Assembly (NCBI GenBank): GCA_050273025.1
Contig: CP158635.1
Location: 10,106,001-10,170,000, forward strand
Direction of reading: 5' to 3'
DNA: 64,000 bases
Source: Cenococcum geophilum
Lineage: Eukaryota
Positions 62,722 to 64,000 of the stretch are shown here, in pieces (within the stretch, counting starts at the first letter, position 1; the number at the start of each line of letters is the position of its first letter). The notes beneath the pieces are model-generated. The model saw only the letters and a list, made by a program, of their open reading frames with translations. It did not search any database and had not been told where the DNA came from. Position numbers and translations under genes: made by a program.

Positions 62722-64000
62722 TGCCAACTCTGTGAGGCTCGGGAAAATAGACAAAGCTTGGATATCATGTTGCCATCAGATATGCACAAGGCCATACAGA
62801 ATGGAGGCAACGTGCACACGCAAATTAGCTACTGTTGTAGGTAACTACGTGTATCGCTCACCCAGTGCATAATGATGCGATATTTACGTCTTAGAGCGGA
62901 CCGATTTCCCTCTATGGCCGGCAAATCACTCTCATATCACATTATGTTGATGTGTTCAGGAGATATATTCATATTCTTCTAAATTCTTAAATCTATAAAG
63001 CGCTTCCACAGTACCGCAGATAATTTCTTTTTTCATTCAATCCCGTACTGCTGGGGAGCTTGCGCTAAGGTTATTCTTAGAAGAGAAAATTGTTACCATG
63101 CAAAATTTTTATAAACCACGACAACGTAGAGATTTTGTATAAGAATCCTAAATGTCGCGAAGAAATCCTGAACCTCGGCTTGAAATAAGCTGGTATACTG
63201 CTTAAGCCAGACTCTCAGAATAATAGTGATGGTCAAGCCTGGGTTCATATGGTCAGGACGGAGGCGACGACGGTAACATATTTCACCATTCATATATTTC
63301 AATTTCGTTCACTCTCAGAGCGGGTTCCAAGACCAACTCCTCCATCACAACACATCTCAATCCCCCGAAATCCAAACACCCAGCACTACAGCACACGCAT
63401 TACAAATATTTCCCCGGCTTGTTGCCTGAGTTCATCTTGGCCCGTCTTCCACAGCATGAGTTATTATCCACGCGAAAGGAGTGTCCTCGACCCTTACTCT
63501 ATTTGTCTTCGATGCCATTTGTCTCTCACTTGTCCACGACATACATTCATCCCAGGCATTTCCATCGCTTGGTCAATAATTGATACATTTCGAAAGGAAA
63601 AATACAAGAAGGGGAGCCTATATAACCAATTCGCTCGGACCTTTCCAAGCAACTATTCGTCCTTCAGGACTTGTAGCAACTTTAGACTTTCTAACAAGCC
63701 TCTGGCGCGGCCATACACCAACAGGGAAGGCAATACATCACCTTCGGCCTCGTCAACTGAACCCGCCGCCGGCAGCATTATGAACGCCTCCAGTCGTAGC
63801 GACCCGCTGAGTTACGCAGATGGAGTTCATGCGGTATACCTTCAATGTCCTATCCACAGAAAACCCGTCCGACCCTCCTCAATGCATACAGCGCCCCCAA
63901 TAGATGACTACTTAGGGCTACCTCTGTGCTTATGCAACAACTGCAAAACGAATTCAGATCCAGCAAATATCGGACTGTGCCAACTTAGCAAAGAGCGACC

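Noticed and set aside
62860..64000. Gene remnant at the window end
   Set aside because: Only short ORFs without recognisable motifs.

Overview
Eukaryotic DNA from a filamentous ascomycete (spliceosomal GT-AG introns with CTRAC-type branch sites, RIP-mutated repeats; Dothideomycetes is my inference). Conserved genes: DHA1-type MFS transporter, STU1/CLASP, mitochondrial rhodanese, multi-KH RNA-binding protein, a Pro/Arg-rich hypothetical protein, SDT1-like pyrimidine nucleotidase, BSP (HExxH) protein, a secreted Cys-containing protein, an F-box-like protein, MCM3, an ABCB/MDR transporter, a DUF4210/Atos-like protein and an FYV7-like protein. A ~22 kb accessory interval lies between STU1 and the rhodanese gene. 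It holds (i) a same-strand array of four paralogous small single-pass membrane protein genes sharing a 'SS(I/L)QNIT-TM-AYLQY(R/K)R' core, a phase-1 intron (absent in one copy) and a PPP..TT(S/A)D tail, with copies in different states of decay, and (ii) a three-level transposon nest: an 8-bp-TSD DNA element containing a RIP-degraded Ngaro/DIRS tyrosine-recombinase retrotransposon, which contains a young 446-bp TRIM. The TRIM has a self-complementary (Tf1-like) primer-binding site and a tRNA-like A-box/B-box fold. Many MITEs are present, including four inverted-repeat elements (one a perfect 58-bp-arm palindrome) just upstream of the MDR transporter. All calls are by eye; no database searches were run.
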